DNA from: Stellaceae bacterium
Lineage (GTDB): Bacteria > Pseudomonadota > Alphaproteobacteria > ATCC43930 > CGMCC-115725
Direction: 5' to 3'
Assembly: GCA_036510675.1 (NCBI GenBank)
Contig: DATCDN010000138.1
Coordinates: 109,199 to 173,198, forward strand
DNA length: 64,000 bases
Positions 1 through 9,478 of this stretch are shown one piece after another; within the stretch, counting starts at the first letter, position 1, and every line of letters begins with the position of its first letter. A program made the position numbers and the translations under genes. The notes beneath the pieces were generated by a model that had not been told where the DNA came from, did no database searches, and worked only from the letters and a program-made list of their open reading frames with translations.

Positions 1-564
1 TCGATGCAGGAATATATCCTGCACTCCTGGTCGCTGGTGAAGATGGGGACCACGGCGGCGCAGAAAAAATTGTTCTTCAACCTGCGGCGCATGAAGGGCC
101 GCATCCAGGCCATCGACGATGGCGATCTGTCGCCCGAGAATCTGGCCAAGATCGCCACCGAATTGCGGGTGCCCGAATCCGACGTCATCGACATGAACCG
201 CCGCCTGGCCGGCCCTGACCATTCGCTGAACGCGCCGGTGCGCAACGACAGCGAAGGCGGTGGCGAATGGCAGGATTGGCTGGTCGACGATTCGGACGAC
301 CAGGAAGAGACGCTGGGCGAGATGGAGGAACTCGGCCTGCGCCGCGATCTCCTGACCGCGGCGATGGCGCATCTGACACCGCGCGAGCGGGATATTCTGA
401 ACGAGCGGCGCCTGCGCGACGAGCCGACGACGCTCGAAGACCTCGCCCAGAAATACGGCGTCTCGCGTGAGCGGGTGCGCCAGATCGAGGTGCGCGCCTT
501 CGAGAAGCTGCAAAAGCTGATCAAGGTCAGCGCCACCGAGCGCAAGCTGCTGCCGAGCGGCTAG
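1..564 (+). CDS. rpoH: RNA polymerase sigma-32 (RpoH), 5' end truncated by the window edge
   Basis: The frame is open from base 1. It has the RpoH-box-like QKKLFFNLRRMKG and the region 4 HTH LEDLAQKYGVSRERVRQIEVRAFEKL. Confidence 0.85.
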   Translation, partial: SMQEYILHSWSLVKMGTTAAQKKLFFNLRRMKGRIQAIDDGDLSPENLAKIATELRVPESDVIDMNRRLAGPDHSLNAPVRNDSEGGGEWQDWLVDDSDDQEETLGEMEELGLRRDLLTAAMAHLTPRERDILNERRLRDEPTTLEDLAQKYGVSRERVRQIEVRAFEKLQKLIKVSATERKLLPSG

Positions 565-565
565 T

Positions 566-1600
566 TTAAGACGCCTGCCGCGTCACCAGGCCCGGCAGGC
601 GGGTCGCGATGATCGCCTCGGCGTCGCGCATCATCGTGCGCACGATCTCGCCGGCCGGCATGATCGCGTTGGTCTGACCGACGGATTCGCCCGCCAACAG
701 GCTCATCTCCTCGAAATCGCCGCTGAATTCCGGGGTCGGCGGCAGGCCGGTGAACCGCGGCATCGGCATGGCATTGCCCCCGATGGTCATCTGCCCGATC
801 ACCTTGTGCCCACCCTCGGGCGTCGATTTGTAAGGCGGCGGGTCGTCGCGCCCCAGCCATTCCATCACCACCCGATTGCGCAGCCCGCGCACCGTCGCAT
901 CGGGAAAATCATGGCCGAATATATTGTGCCGCGCGGTGTCGGCGACCGTCGCCACCACCACCCGCCGCTTATATTCCTCATGCGCGAAGGCCTCGGGGCT
1001 GGCCAGCAGGCGCGTGCCGACGCACACACCGTCGGCGCCCAGCGCCAGCACCGCGGCAACAGCGCGCCCGTCGGCGATGCCGCCCGCCGCGACAATCGGC
1101 ACCGTCTCGCCGACCGCGTCGATCACCGCCGGCAGCAGCGACAGCGTCGCCGCGGCGGCGCGATTGTGGCCGCCGGCCTCGCTGCCCTGCACGATCAGCG
1201 CGTCGGCGCGGGCGCGTACCGCGAGCCGCGCCTCGGCGACGCTGCCGATCTGAATCCACACCCGGGTGCCGGCCTCGCGCAGCCGCGCGATCCAGTCATG
1301 CGGCACGTCGTCCCAGAAGAACACGACGACCGGCACCTCTTCCAAGGCGCACAGCTCGATATGCTCAATGCCGTTGAAACGCGGAATGATATTCACGCCG
1401 AACCGGGAATTGCCGCCGGCGCGAATCTCATGAATGGCGGCGCGCAGCGCGTCGACAGGATAGCCGGAGGCGCCGAGCACGCCGAGACCGCCAGCCGCGC
1501 TGACCGCTCGGACCAGCGGCACGGTCGCGACGAACGCCATACCGGCGGAGACGAAGGGATGCGTGAGCCCGTAAGCCTCGGTCAGTCTGGTCTGGATCAT
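566..1600 (-). CDS. nitronate monooxygenase / 2-nitropropane dioxygenase family FMN oxidoreductase
   Basis: 344 aa with NMO-like motifs GLTHPFVSAGMA, GGLGVLGA, VQGSEAGGH and AAGGIADGR. Confidence 0.75.
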   Translation of the reverse strand: MIQTRLTEAYGLTHPFVSAGMAFVATVPLVRAVSAAGGLGVLGASGYPVDALRAAIHEIRAGGNSRFGVNIIPRFNGIEHIELCALEEVPVVVFFWDDVPHDWIARLREAGTRVWIQIGSVAEARLAVRARADALIVQGSEAGGHNRAAAATLSLLPAVIDAVGETVPIVAAGGIADGRAVAAVLALGADGVCVGTRLLASPEAFAHEEYKRRVVVATVADTARHNIFGHDFPDATVRGLRNRVVMEWLGRDDPPPYKSTPEGGHKVIGQMTIGGNAMPMPRFTGLPPTPEFSGDFEEMSLLAGESVGQTNAIMPAGEIVRTMMRDAEAIIATRLPGLVTRQAS

Positions 1601-1616
1601 CCACCCCTCCCTGGGT

Positions 1617-2399
1617 TCAGGTCTGGAACTGTTCCTTCAGCACGCGCTCTTCGAGATTGTGCTCGGGATCGAACAGCATGGTGAACGAGATTTCCGCCGC
1701 CTCGCGCACCGTCACGGTCAGCACGTCGGCGATTTCGGTGAAATCGGCGGCGGCGTTGACCGGGCGGCGCTCGATCTCGATCACGTCGAACCGCACCCGC
1801 GCCTGGTGCGGCAGCAGCGCGCCGCGCCAGCGCCGCGGCCGGAAGGCGCTGATCGGCGTCAGCGCCAGGACCTCGGCGCTGATCGGAATGATCGGCCCGT
1901 GCGCCGAGAGATTATAGGCAGTGCTGCCAACGGGGGTGGCGACCAGCACGCCATCGGCCATCAATTCGTCGAGCCGCACGGTCTGGTCCACGGTGATGCG
2001 CAGCTTGGCCGCCTGGCGGCCCTGGCGCACCAGCGAGACCTCGTTGATGGCGATCGCCGAATGGCTGTTGCCGGCGCGGTCGGTCGCGGTCATTTCGAGC
2101 GGATGGATCATGACCGGCTGGGCCCGCGCCAGCCGTTCCTCCAGCCCGTTCGGCTCATAGCCATTCATCAGAAACCCCACGCTGCCGCGATGCATGCCAT
2201 AAAACGGCACGGTGCTATCGCGATAGCGATGCAATGTCTCCAGCATGAAACCGTCGCCGCCCAGCGCCACGATCAGGTCGGCCGCCTCCGGCGCGACGAT
2301 GCGATAGCGCGCCCGCAATTCTTCGAGCGCGGCCTGGGCGGCCGGTGCTTCGCTGGCGACGATAGCGATCTTTGAGGCGATAGGGGGAAGCCCGCTCAT
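1617..2399 (-). CDS. nadK: NAD kinase
   Basis: 260 aa with the GGDGFML motif, SVGFLMN and [17 protein letters not shown]. Confidence 0.85.
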   Translation of the reverse strand: MSGLPPIASKIAIVASEAPAAQAALEELRARYRIVAPEAADLIVALGGDGFMLETLHRYRDSTVPFYGMHRGSVGFLMNGYEPNGLEERLARAQPVMIHPLEMTATDRAGNSHSAIAINEVSLVRQGRQAAKLRITVDQTVRLDELMADGVLVATPVGSTAYNLSAHGPIIPISAEVLALTPISAFRPRRWRGALLPHQARVRFDVIEIERRPVNAAADFTEIADVLTVTVREAAEISFTMLFDPEHNLEERVLKEQFQT

Positions 2400-2422
2400 G
2401 GGCGGGGAGTATAGAGCCGGGC

Positions 2423-3415
2423 TTAGCCGCCCGTCACACTCATATGACGCGACACCGCCGGCCGGTCATGGCGGCGGTCGATGATGAAATCATGGCCCTT
2501 GGGCTTGCGGTCGATGGCGGCACGGATCGCGGCCTCGACCGGGGCGTCGCTTTCGGCGGCGCGCAGCGGCGCTCGCAGGTCGGCGGCATCCTCCTGCCCC
2601 AGGCACATGAACAGCGTGCCGGTGCAGGTCAGCCGCACGCGATTGCAGCTTTCGCAGAAATTATGGGTCATCGGCGTAATCAGGCCGAGTCGCTGGCCGG
2701 TCTCGCGGACGGTGTAATAGCGCGCCGGACCGCCGGTGCGATAATCGCTCTCATCGAGCGTCCAGCGCTTGCGCAGATCGGCGCGCACCACCGACAGCGG
2801 CAGATATTGATCGACGCGGGTGCCGGAGCCAACCTCGCCCAGCGGCATGACCTCGATCAGCGTCAGATCGAATCCCTGCTCGCCGCACCAGCCGAGCAGC
2901 CGGTCGAATTCGTCATCGTTGACGCCCTTCAGCGCCACCGCGTTCAGCTTGACCTGGAGGCCGGCGGCCTTGGCGGCGGCGATGCCGTCCATCACCTGCT
3001 CGAAGCGGCCCCAGCGGGTGATCGCCTTGAACTTGGCGGCATCGAGCGTGTCGAGCGAGACGTTGATGCGCTTGACGCCGGCGGCCTTCAAATCCTGGGC
3101 ATATTTGGCGAGCTGGCTGCCGTTGGTGGTCAGCGTCAGCTCGTCGAGGGCGCCCGTCTCCAGGTGCCGGCCCAACGCCTTGAACAGCCACATGATATTG
3201 CGCCGCACCAGCGGCTCGCCGCCAGTCAGGCGCAGCTTCTTGACGCCGAGCCGGATGAAGGCGGTCGATAGCCGGTCGAGTTCTTCCAGCGTCAGGATTT
3301 CCGCCTTGGGCAGAAACGCCATGTCCTCCGACATGCAATAGACGCAGCGGAAATCGCAACGGTCGGTCACCGACACGCGCAGATAGGAGATGGTTCGGCC
3401 GAAGGGATCGATCAT
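2423..3415 (-). CDS. moaA: GTP 3',8-cyclase MoaA (radical SAM, molybdenum cofactor biosynthesis)
   Basis: It has CDFRCVYCM (CxxxCxxC) and a C-terminal CxxC cluster ([14 protein letters not shown]). The ATG at 3415 gives the canonical [18 protein letters not shown]-terminus. The ORF is open up to 3460. Confidence 0.85.
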   Translation of the reverse strand: MIDPFGRTISYLRVSVTDRCDFRCVYCMSEDMAFLPKAEILTLEELDRLSTAFIRLGVKKLRLTGGEPLVRRNIMWLFKALGRHLETGALDELTLTTNGSQLAKYAQDLKAAGVKRINVSLDTLDAAKFKAITRWGRFEQVMDGIAAAKAAGLQVKLNAVALKGVNDDEFDRLLGWCGEQGFDLTLIEVMPLGEVGSGTRVDQYLPLSVVRADLRKRWTLDESDYRTGGPARYYTVRETGQRLGLITPMTHNFCESCNRVRLTCTGTLFMCLGQEDAADLRAPLRAAESDAPVEAAIRAAIDRKPKGHDFIIDRRHDRPAVSRHMSVTGG

Positions 3416-3497
3416 GATGGCTATATGGGTGCGAAGACCTGTGATTTCGAGCGACCCCATACCATAGTGACGCCATGCTGGGGATCAACCGAAATAA

Positions 3498-4127
3498 ATG
3501 GCCGAAACCAGCGCCCCTTCCAGCCCGATCGCCGGCCTGATCCTAGCCGGCGGCCAGGGGCGGCGCATGGGCGGCGACAAGGCGCTGCGCCTCCTCGGCG
3601 GCACGCCCCTCGTGGGCCATGCGATTGCCCGCGCGACACCGCAGGTCGGCCCGCTGGCGATCAGCGCCAATGGGTCGGCGCCATTTGCCGATTTCGGCCT
3701 GCCGATCCTCGCCGACAGCGTGCCGGGCTTCGTCGGACCGCTGGCCGGCATTCTAGCCGGCATGGACTGGGCGGCGGAACAGGGCCTGACGTCGATCGCC
3801 AGCTTCCCCTGCGATGCGCCGCTGTTCCCGCGCGACCTGGTGGCGCGGCTGGCCGAGGCGCGGCGGCGCGAGGGCGCGGTGCTGGCCTGCGCCCGGTCGG
3901 GGGGCCGGCGCCATCCGGTATTCGCGCTATGGCCGACCGAAATGCGGGCGGCGCTACGCGTCGCGCTGACGGATGACGGAATCCGCCGGGTCGCGGATTG
4001 GTGCGCGCGCTATCCGGTCGCCATGGTAGATTTTCCGACGGCGCCGTTCGATCCGTTTTTCAATGTCAACACCCCGAGCGACCTCGCCGAAGCGGAAACA
4101 TTGCTCGCGGCGCACCGATCGGCCTAA
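3498..4127 (+). CDS. mobA: molybdenum cofactor guanylyltransferase MobA
   Basis: 209 aa with the N-terminal LILAGGQGRRMGG-DKAL motif. It is divergent from moaA. Confidence 0.8.
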   Translation: MAETSAPSSPIAGLILAGGQGRRMGGDKALRLLGGTPLVGHAIARATPQVGPLAISANGSAPFADFGLPILADSVPGFVGPLAGILAGMDWAAEQGLTSIASFPCDAPLFPRDLVARLAEARRREGAVLACARSGGRRHPVFALWPTEMRAALRVALTDDGIRRVADWCARYPVAMVDFPTAPFDPFFNVNTPSDLAEAETLLAAHRSA

Positions 4128-4154
4128 TGTGCCACTGATGGTTGCGGGGAGCGG

Positions 4155-4772
4155 ATGAGCACGAACATCGACGTCCGCGTGCTGGAGTTATTGACCGCGC
4201 GCCTCTGCCATGAGCTGGCGGGGCCGGTCTCGGCGGTGGTCAACGGCGTCGAGCTGATGAGCGAAGAAGACCCCGATTTCGTCGCCGACGCGGTGCGGCT
4301 GGTCGGCACTAGCGCGCGCACCGTCTCGAAACGCCTGCAATTCTATCGCTTCGCCTATGGCACGCTGCCCGGCGAGGGGGCATCGACGGCCACCGGGCGC
4401 GACCTCGCGCTTAAATATTTCGATGCCGGCAATGTCCATTGCACTTGGCCGGCGGAGGAGCCGGCGCGGCCGCTCGGGTGGCAGCGCGTCGCCTGCATGC
4501 TGTTGGTTCTGGCCGCCGAGGCGCTGCCCCGCGGCGGCACGGTGACAGTGCGCGGCCAGGGCACGGGCATGGCGATCGAGGCGGATGGCGATGTGGTCCG
4601 CCTGACGCCCGAGGCGCAGGCCGGGTTACAGGCCGACGTCTCGATCGAGAATCTGACGGCGCGCGGCGTCCATGCCCATCTGTGCATGCGCTTCGCCGCG
4701 GATGTCGGGCTGAAAATCGCCCCGCCCCGGCTGGAGCCGCGACGGCTGCGGGTCGAGCTGACCCCGGCCTGA
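4155..4772 (+). CDS. chpT: histidine phosphotransferase ChpT (CckA to CtrA/CpdR relay)
   Basis: 205 aa. LLTARLCHELAGPVSAVVNGVELM matches the ChpT phospho-His helix (Caulobacter LAARLCHDFISPASAIVSGLDLL). It has a degenerate HATPase-like C-terminus and is convergent with ctrA. Confidence 0.8.
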   Translation: MSTNIDVRVLELLTARLCHELAGPVSAVVNGVELMSEEDPDFVADAVRLVGTSARTVSKRLQFYRFAYGTLPGEGASTATGRDLALKYFDAGNVHCTWPAEEPARPLGWQRVACMLLVLAAEALPRGGTVTVRGQGTGMAIEADGDVVRLTPEAQAGLQADVSIENLTARGVHAHLCMRFAADVGLKIAPPRLEPRRLRVELTPA

Positions 4773-4783
4773 GACGGCGCGGC

Positions 4784-5497
4784 TCAGGTCTTGGCGAGCT
4801 TCTTCAGGCCGGCGGCGGCGGGGGCGGGATCGCGCAGCACATAGCCGCGGCCCCACACGGTCTCGATATAATTGTCGCCCTTGGCCGCGGTCGAGAGCTT
4901 TTTGCGTAGCTTGCAGACGAAGACGTCGATGATCTTCGGCTCCGGCTCGTCCATGCCGCCATAGAGATGGTTGAGGAACATCTCCTTGGTCAGCGTGGTG
5001 CCCTTGCGCAGGCTGAGCAATTCGAGGATGCCGTATTCCTTGCCGGTCAAGTGCAAGGGCTTGCCTTCGATATCGACGGTGTGGCTCTCCAGATTGACCG
5101 TGAGCTTGCCGGTGCGGATGGTCGATTCGGCATGGCCCTTGGCGCGCCGGACGATGGCCTGGATGCGCGCCAGCAACTCGCGGCGCTCAAACGGCTTGGT
5201 CAGGAAATCGTCGGCGCCGAAGCCGAGACCCTTCACCTTGTTGTCGAGGCCGGACAGGCCGGACAGGATCAGGATCGGCGTGCGCACCTTGGCCGAACGC
5301 AGCCGGCGCAGCACCTCATAGCCGTCGATGTCCGGCAGCATCAGATCGAGAATGATGATGTCGTAATCATAGAGCTTGCCGATCTCGAGCCCGTCTTCGC
5401 CGAGGTCCGTCGTATCGCAGACGAACCCTTCGGCTTGCAGCATCATCGAAATGCTGGTGGCCGTCGCCGAATCGTCTTCAACCAGAAGCACCCGCAT
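4784..5497 (-). CDS. ctrA: cell-cycle response regulator CtrA (OmpR family)
   Basis: 237 aa. The receiver domain reads [26 protein letters not shown]. The winged-helix part is [51 protein letters not shown], typical of CtrA. Confidence 0.92.
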   Translation of the reverse strand: MRVLLVEDDSATATSISMMLQAEGFVCDTTDLGEDGLEIGKLYDYDIIILDLMLPDIDGYEVLRRLRSAKVRTPILILSGLSGLDNKVKGLGFGADDFLTKPFERRELLARIQAIVRRAKGHAESTIRTGKLTVNLESHTVDIEGKPLHLTGKEYGILELLSLRKGTTLTKEMFLNHLYGGMDEPEPKIIDVFVCKLRKKLSTAAKGDNYIETVWGRGYVLRDPAPAAAGLKKLAKT

Positions 5498-5551
5498 AAC
5501 CCCTCCACCGCGCCAGAACCATCATTCTCTAAAATGCAAGTATAACGGTTC

Positions 5552-5578
5552 TTAATCATCGTTACCAGAACTGTTAAC
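5552..5578. promoter_or_regulatory. CtrA-box-like half sites upstream of ctrA
   Basis: TTAA at 5552-5555 and TTAAC at 5574-5578 are exactly 22 bp apart (two helical turns). An intermediate TTAC lies at 5562-5565. The sites are 55-80 bp upstream of the ctrA ATG. This is not a clean TTAA-N7-TTAAC. Confidence 0.3.
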
Positions 5579-5630
5579 GATGGACGATAAATCAATGGAA
5601 GGGACCGGAAAAGGTTTCGGGCAGGGTCGG

Positions 5631-5933
5631 CTAGCGACGATCTCCGGCGCGATAGCTCTGAAGACGTGTTACGCGTAATCCGGGAATCCCGTGATGATCC
5701 ACCAGGGCCTGCCAGGTGAAGAATTCCTCGGTCGAGAGCTTATAGCGTTCGCACGCTTGCTCGAGGGTGAGGATGCCGCTCTTCACCGCGTCGACGACCG
5801 CGGCCTTGCGCCGAATGACCCATCTCTTGGTATTCGGCGACGGCAGGCCTTCATCGAGCGGCTCCGGTTCCGGCGAGAAGGGAACCGGGGTGCCGAGGGC
5901 ATAGGACATTGTGGTGGCGGGCTTGCTTGGCAT
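5631..5933 (-). CDS. sciP: SciP-like small CtrA inhibitor (DUF1153 helix-turn-helix protein)
   Basis: 100 aa. TKRWVIRRKAAVVDAVKSGILTLEQACERYKLSTEEFFTWQALVDHHGIPGLRVTRLQSYR closely resembles Caulobacter SciP. It lies directly upstream of ctrA on the same strand. Confidence 0.85.
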   Translation of the reverse strand: MPSKPATTMSYALGTPVPFSPEPEPLDEGLPSPNTKRWVIRRKAAVVDAVKSGILTLEQACERYKLSTEEFFTWQALVDHHGIPGLRVTRLQSYRAGDRR

Positions 5934-5958
5934 GGGCGCGAATTTATCGTGGGCGCTC

Positions 5959-5987
5959 TTAACAAAGACCTAAGAGATAGGGTTAAC
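5959..5987. promoter_or_regulatory. near-consensus CtrA box in the sciP/dksA divergent region
   Basis: TTAA-CAAAGAC-CTAA at 5959-5973 (TTAA-N7-CTAA, one mismatch to TTAA-N7-TTAA), plus TTAAC at 5983-5987. It lies just upstream of the sciP start. Confidence 0.4.
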
Positions 5988-6257
5988 GACCGCCCGAATA
6001 AGCCAAAAATGCCGGCCATTCCATCGTGGATCGGACGGCCCGCCCGCTCGGCCGGCAATTCCCCGGCGAATCGGGCGCCCAAGGCGGCCCCACCAGCAGG
6101 CGGCTACCCACAAATCCTGGTGGAATCGCTTAGGCTTTTCAAGCGGCTGGATCGCCATTCTTCCGCTTGCCCGGCTTGGGGGCGATTCATATACTCCGCC
6201 CCGTTATGCCGTCGGGGAGCGGTCATGGTGATGTACGGGGGTCCTACGGAGTTTACG

Positions 6258-6674
6258 ATGCGGCCGATGATTCCGGCGAACTATCGTCCATCCGAGGACG
6301 AGGAGTTCATGAACCCGCGTCAGCTCGAATATTTCCGCCAGAAACTGTTGCAGTGGCGGGAAGAGCTGCTGGTCGAGTCGTCGGGAACCTTGATGAATAT
6401 CAAGGATGGCGGTCTGTCGCAGCCGGACGTGACCGACCGCGCGACACTGGAGACCGACCGCTCGCTCGAGCTGCGAACGCGCGATCGCGAGCGCAAGCTG
6501 GTCTCGAAGATCGACGAGGCGTTGCAGCGCATCGAGGATGGCCGCTATGGCTATTGCGAAGACACGGACGAGCCGATCGGCCTGCGGCGGCTCGAAGCGC
6601 GGCCGATCGCGACCCTGAGCCTCGAGGCGCAGGAGCGGCACGAACGGCGCGAGCGCACCCACCGCGACGACTGA
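6258..6674 (+). CDS. dksA: RNA polymerase-binding transcription factor DksA
   Basis: 138 aa from the ATG at 6258. FMNPRQLEYFRQKLLQWREELL is followed by the coiled-coil DxxDxA tip (DVTDRATLETD). The C-terminus is GRYGYCEDTDEPIGLRRLEARPIATLSLEAQERHE. It is embedded in a longer spurious ORF (5691..6674). Confidence 0.88.
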   Translation: MRPMIPANYRPSEDEEFMNPRQLEYFRQKLLQWREELLVESSGTLMNIKDGGLSQPDVTDRATLETDRSLELRTRDRERKLVSKIDEALQRIEDGRYGYCEDTDEPIGLRRLEARPIATLSLEAQERHERRERTHRDD

Positions 6675-6751
6675 CTGGCGCGGCGCCACCGGGCGCGCCG
6701 CGAACTGTGGTATGCTCCGGGCATTCATCCCCGGAGAGCATCGATTCGCCC

Positions 6752-9256
6752 GTGACCATCGAGACGCTATTGCCCGCCGGCGGTATCGGCGACGACGATC
6801 CGCTGACCCCGGTGCTGATGCCGCAATGGCTGCGCCGGGTGCGCTATACCGGCTTGCTGTTCGGCGCGCTGGGCGTGGTGCTGTTCGCCGCCATCGCGAG
6901 CGGGCTGCTGACCAGCCGGCTGGCGCTGGCGCTGGCGTTGTTTTTCGTGATGCTGGCGGCGATGAGCGGCGTCGCCATTTTTGTCGCGCGCATGGGGGTG
7001 CGCGAGGTCGCGGGCCGCGCGGCCCTCCTCAGCCAGGCGATCGCGGCCTCCCCCAACGCCCACCTGATCGTCGCGCCCGAAGGCTCGATCACCTATGCCA
7101 ATTCGGCGTTCCGGCGCTTTTTCCCCGAGATTCGCACCCTGCCGCTGGAAGTCATCGCCCTTAGCCTGGTCGGCGATGAGGCGGCCAAGGAGTTCCAGCG
7201 CCTGGAGACCGAGGCGGTGGAGCGCGGCCGCGCCAGCGGGCGCCTCGCGATCCGGCGCAGCGCCGGCGCGACGCTGTGGTTCATCGTCTCCGCCAGCCTG
7301 CTGCCGCACAGCCCCGGCTATATGCTGTGGAGCTTCGAGGATATCACCCAGCGCCAGGAAATGGAGCAGGTGATCCGCGAGGAGGGCGAAACCCCCGCCG
7401 ATTTCCTCGACAGCTCGGCGACCGGCTTCTATTCGGTCGATGGCGAGGGCCGCTTCCTGTTGGTCAACCAGACGCTCGCCGATTGGTTCGGCCGCACGCC
7501 GGGCGAACTGGTGGAAAGCGGCGCCCGCCTCATCGATTTCGTCATCGCCGATGGCCCGATCCGCGGTCCCGCCTATGCGCCGTTCGCCGGCGGCGGCGAA
7601 GGCGCCCAGCGGGGCGAGCTGGTGCTGCGCGCCACCGAAGGGCGGCTGATTTACGCCTCGGTCAGCCAGAGCGTGGTGCGCGCCGGCGACCAGCTGCGCA
7701 CCCGCTCGGTGGTGCGCGACCTGACCTCGCAACATGAATGGGCCGAGGCGCTGAAGCGCTCGCGGCTGCGGTTCCAGCGCCTGTTCGCCAACGCGCCGGT
7801 CGGCATCGCGCTGCTGGGCGATCGCGGCCGGATCGAGGAGGCGAACCGCGCGCTCGGCGATATGCTGGGCTCGACCGCCGTCGATCTGATCGGGCGCGAA
7901 CTGGCGGATTTCGTCATCGGCGAGGATCGCGGCCAGGTCGATGCGCATATCGCCGCCGCCAGCCAGGGGCCGGCGCGGCCGGTGGAGGCGCGGCTGATGG
8001 GGCCGCGCGAGATTTGGGCCTCGCTGTTCCTCAGCCGCCTTGAGGGCGAGGACGAGGCGGGGCTGGTCCTGCATGTCATCGACACCACCGAACAAAAGAG
8101 CCTCGAGACCCAATTCGCCCAGTCGCAGAAGATGCAGGCGGTGGGTCAGCTCGCCGGCGGGGTCGCGCATGATTTCAACAATCTGCTGACGGCGATGATC
8201 GGGTTCTGCGATTTGCTGCTGGTGCGGTTCAAGCCGGGCGATCCGTCCTTCGCCGACATCATGCAGATCAAGCAGAACGCCAATCGCGCCGCCAATCTGG
8301 TGCGGCAATTGCTGGCCTTTTCCCGCCAGCAGACCTTGCAGCCGACGGTGCTGAACCTGACCGAGGTGCTGGCCGAACTGTCGAACCTGTTGCGCCGGCT
8401 GATCGGTGAGAAGATCGAGCTGCGCGTCGTGCATGGCCGCGATCTCGGCCTGGTCGAGGTCGATCAGGGCCAGATGGAGCAGGTCGTAATCAATCTCGCC
8501 GTCAATGCCCGCGACGCGATGCCGAATGGCGGCGTGCTGACCATCCGTAGCGCCAACGCCACCATCGCCAGCCCGCTGCGGCGCGGCGTCGAGGTGATGC
8601 CGCCCGGCCAATATGTGCTGATCGAGGTCGGCGATACCGGGTTCGGGATTCCCAAGGAGAATCTATCGCGCATTTTCGAACCGTTCTTTTCCACGAAGGA
8701 GATCGGTAGCGGCACCGGCCTTGGCCTCTCCACCGTCTATGGCATCGTCAAGCAGACCGGCGGCTTCGTCTTCATCGACAGCGAGCCCGGCAAGGGCGCG
8801 CAATTCTCGATCTATCTGCCGCGCGCGCGCGGCAAGGCGGCGGTGCCGGTGCGCCCGATCGAAGCCGGCGACGACAGCGCCGACCTGACCGGCACCGCGA
8901 CGGTGCTGCTGGTCGAGGACGAGGATCCGGTGCGGCTCTTCAGCGCCCGCGCCCTGCGCAACAAGGGTTATCGCGTGATCGAGGCGAAGAGCGGCGAGGG
9001 CGCGCTCGAAATCGTCGAGCGTGGGGCCGAGCAGATCGACCTGATCATTTCCGACGTGGTGATGCCGCGCATGGACGGGCCGGAGATGGCGGCGAAGGTG
9101 CGCGAAAGCCACCCCGACATGAAGGTGATCTTCATCTCGGGCTATACCGAGGAAGCGTTCCGCGACCGGCTGACCCACGATGTCCATTTCCTGCCCAAGC
9201 CCTATAATCTGAAACAGCTCGCGGCCAAGGTGAAGCAGGTGCTGGAGGACGCGTAG
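6752..9256 (+). CDS. cckA: hybrid sensor histidine kinase CckA
   Basis: It has two N-terminal TM helices, PAS regions, the HisKA motif [14 protein letters not shown], HATPase motifs ([25 protein letters not shown]) and a C-terminal receiver ([24 protein letters not shown]). The start is the GTG at 6752 or the ATG at 6818. The tracked ORF start at 6167 overlaps dksA and is rejected. Confidence 0.85.
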   Translation: MTIETLLPAGGIGDDDPLTPVLMPQWLRRVRYTGLLFGALGVVLFAAIASGLLTSRLALALALFFVMLAAMSGVAIFVARMGVREVAGRAALLSQAIAASPNAHLIVAPEGSITYANSAFRRFFPEIRTLPLEVIALSLVGDEAAKEFQRLETEAVERGRASGRLAIRRSAGATLWFIVSASLLPHSPGYMLWSFEDITQRQEMEQVIREEGETPADFLDSSATGFYSVDGEGRFLLVNQTLADWFGRTPGELVESGARLIDFVIADGPIRGPAYAPFAGGGEGAQRGELVLRATEGRLIYASVSQSVVRAGDQLRTRSVVRDLTSQHEWAEALKRSRLRFQRLFANAPVGIALLGDRGRIEEANRALGDMLGSTAVDLIGRELADFVIGEDRGQVDAHIAAASQGPARPVEARLMGPREIWASLFLSRLEGEDEAGLVLHVIDTTEQKSLETQFAQSQKMQAVGQLAGGVAHDFNNLLTAMIGFCDLLLVRFKPGDPSFADIMQIKQNANRAANLVRQLLAFSRQQTLQPTVLNLTEVLAELSNLLRRLIGEKIELRVVHGRDLGLVEVDQGQMEQVVINLAVNARDAMPNGGVLTIRSANATIASPLRRGVEVMPPGQYVLIEVGDTGFGIPKENLSRIFEPFFSTKEIGSGTGLGLSTVYGIVKQTGGFVFIDSEPGKGAQFSIYLPRARGKAAVPVRPIEAGDDSADLTGTATVLLVEDEDPVRLFSARALRNKGYRVIEAKSGEGALEIVERGAEQIDLIISDVVMPRMDGPEMAAKVRESHPDMKVIFISGYTEEAFRDRLTHDVHFLPKPYNLKQLAAKVKQVLEDA

Positions 9257-9260
9257 GGAT

Positions 9261-9462
9261 CAGTCGTCAGTTATCAGTCTTCAGTTATCAGTCTTCAGTT
9301 ATCAGTTATCAGTCTTCAGTTATCAGTCCTGATCGCTATCGACCAACCGCCCAAAAACTGACGACTGATAACTGACGACTGATAACTGATAACTGACGAC
9401 TGACTGATAACTGACGACTGACAACTGACAACTGATAACTGTCAACTGACAACTGACAACTC
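9261..9462. repeat. inverted heptamer-array hairpin (10 x CAGTNNT, 23-nt spacer, 15 x ANNACTG plus one 4-nt partial)
   Basis: Units were read directly. The left arm is 9261-9330 and the right arm 9354-9462. When left unit n pairs with right unit n+1, the order of unit types is mirrored and 64 of 70 positions are complementary, with one 4-nt bulge (9403-9406). Confidence 0.95.
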
Positions 9463-9478
9463 TGGAGGAGGCGAATCC

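Noticed and set aside
3416-3497. A Moco riboswitch upstream of moaA.
   Set aside because: The divergent moaA-mobA gap is at most about 80 nt, or about 37 nt if moaA starts at 3460. That is too short for the ~140-nt Moco RNA motif, and no matching conserved helices are evident.
6167-6751. N-terminal extension of CckA back to 6167 (1029-aa tracked ORF).
   Set aside because: The extension overlaps the well-supported dksA gene in another frame and is an Arg/Ala/Gly/Pro-rich stretch with no recognisable motifs. The recognisable CckA sequence (TM helices) begins after 6752/6818.
6767-8611. Very long antisense or alternative-frame ORFs. Examples: 6767..8611 (-), 12894..14375 (-), 23378..25147 (-), 38042..39964 (-), 46604..48139 (-), 56506..58368 (-), 58829..60313 (-), 61495..63849 (+), 16623..18254 (+).
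   Set aside because: They are Arg/Ala/Gly/Pro-rich translations with no recognisable motifs. They lie opposite, or out of frame with, genes that have clear family signatures. This is the usual stop-codon depletion artefact of high-GC DNA.
9261-9462. The heptamer arrays as CRISPR arrays.
   Set aside because: The repeat unit is 7 nt with no spacers between units. The arrays are inverted rather than direct at the locus scale. No cas genes or leader are present.
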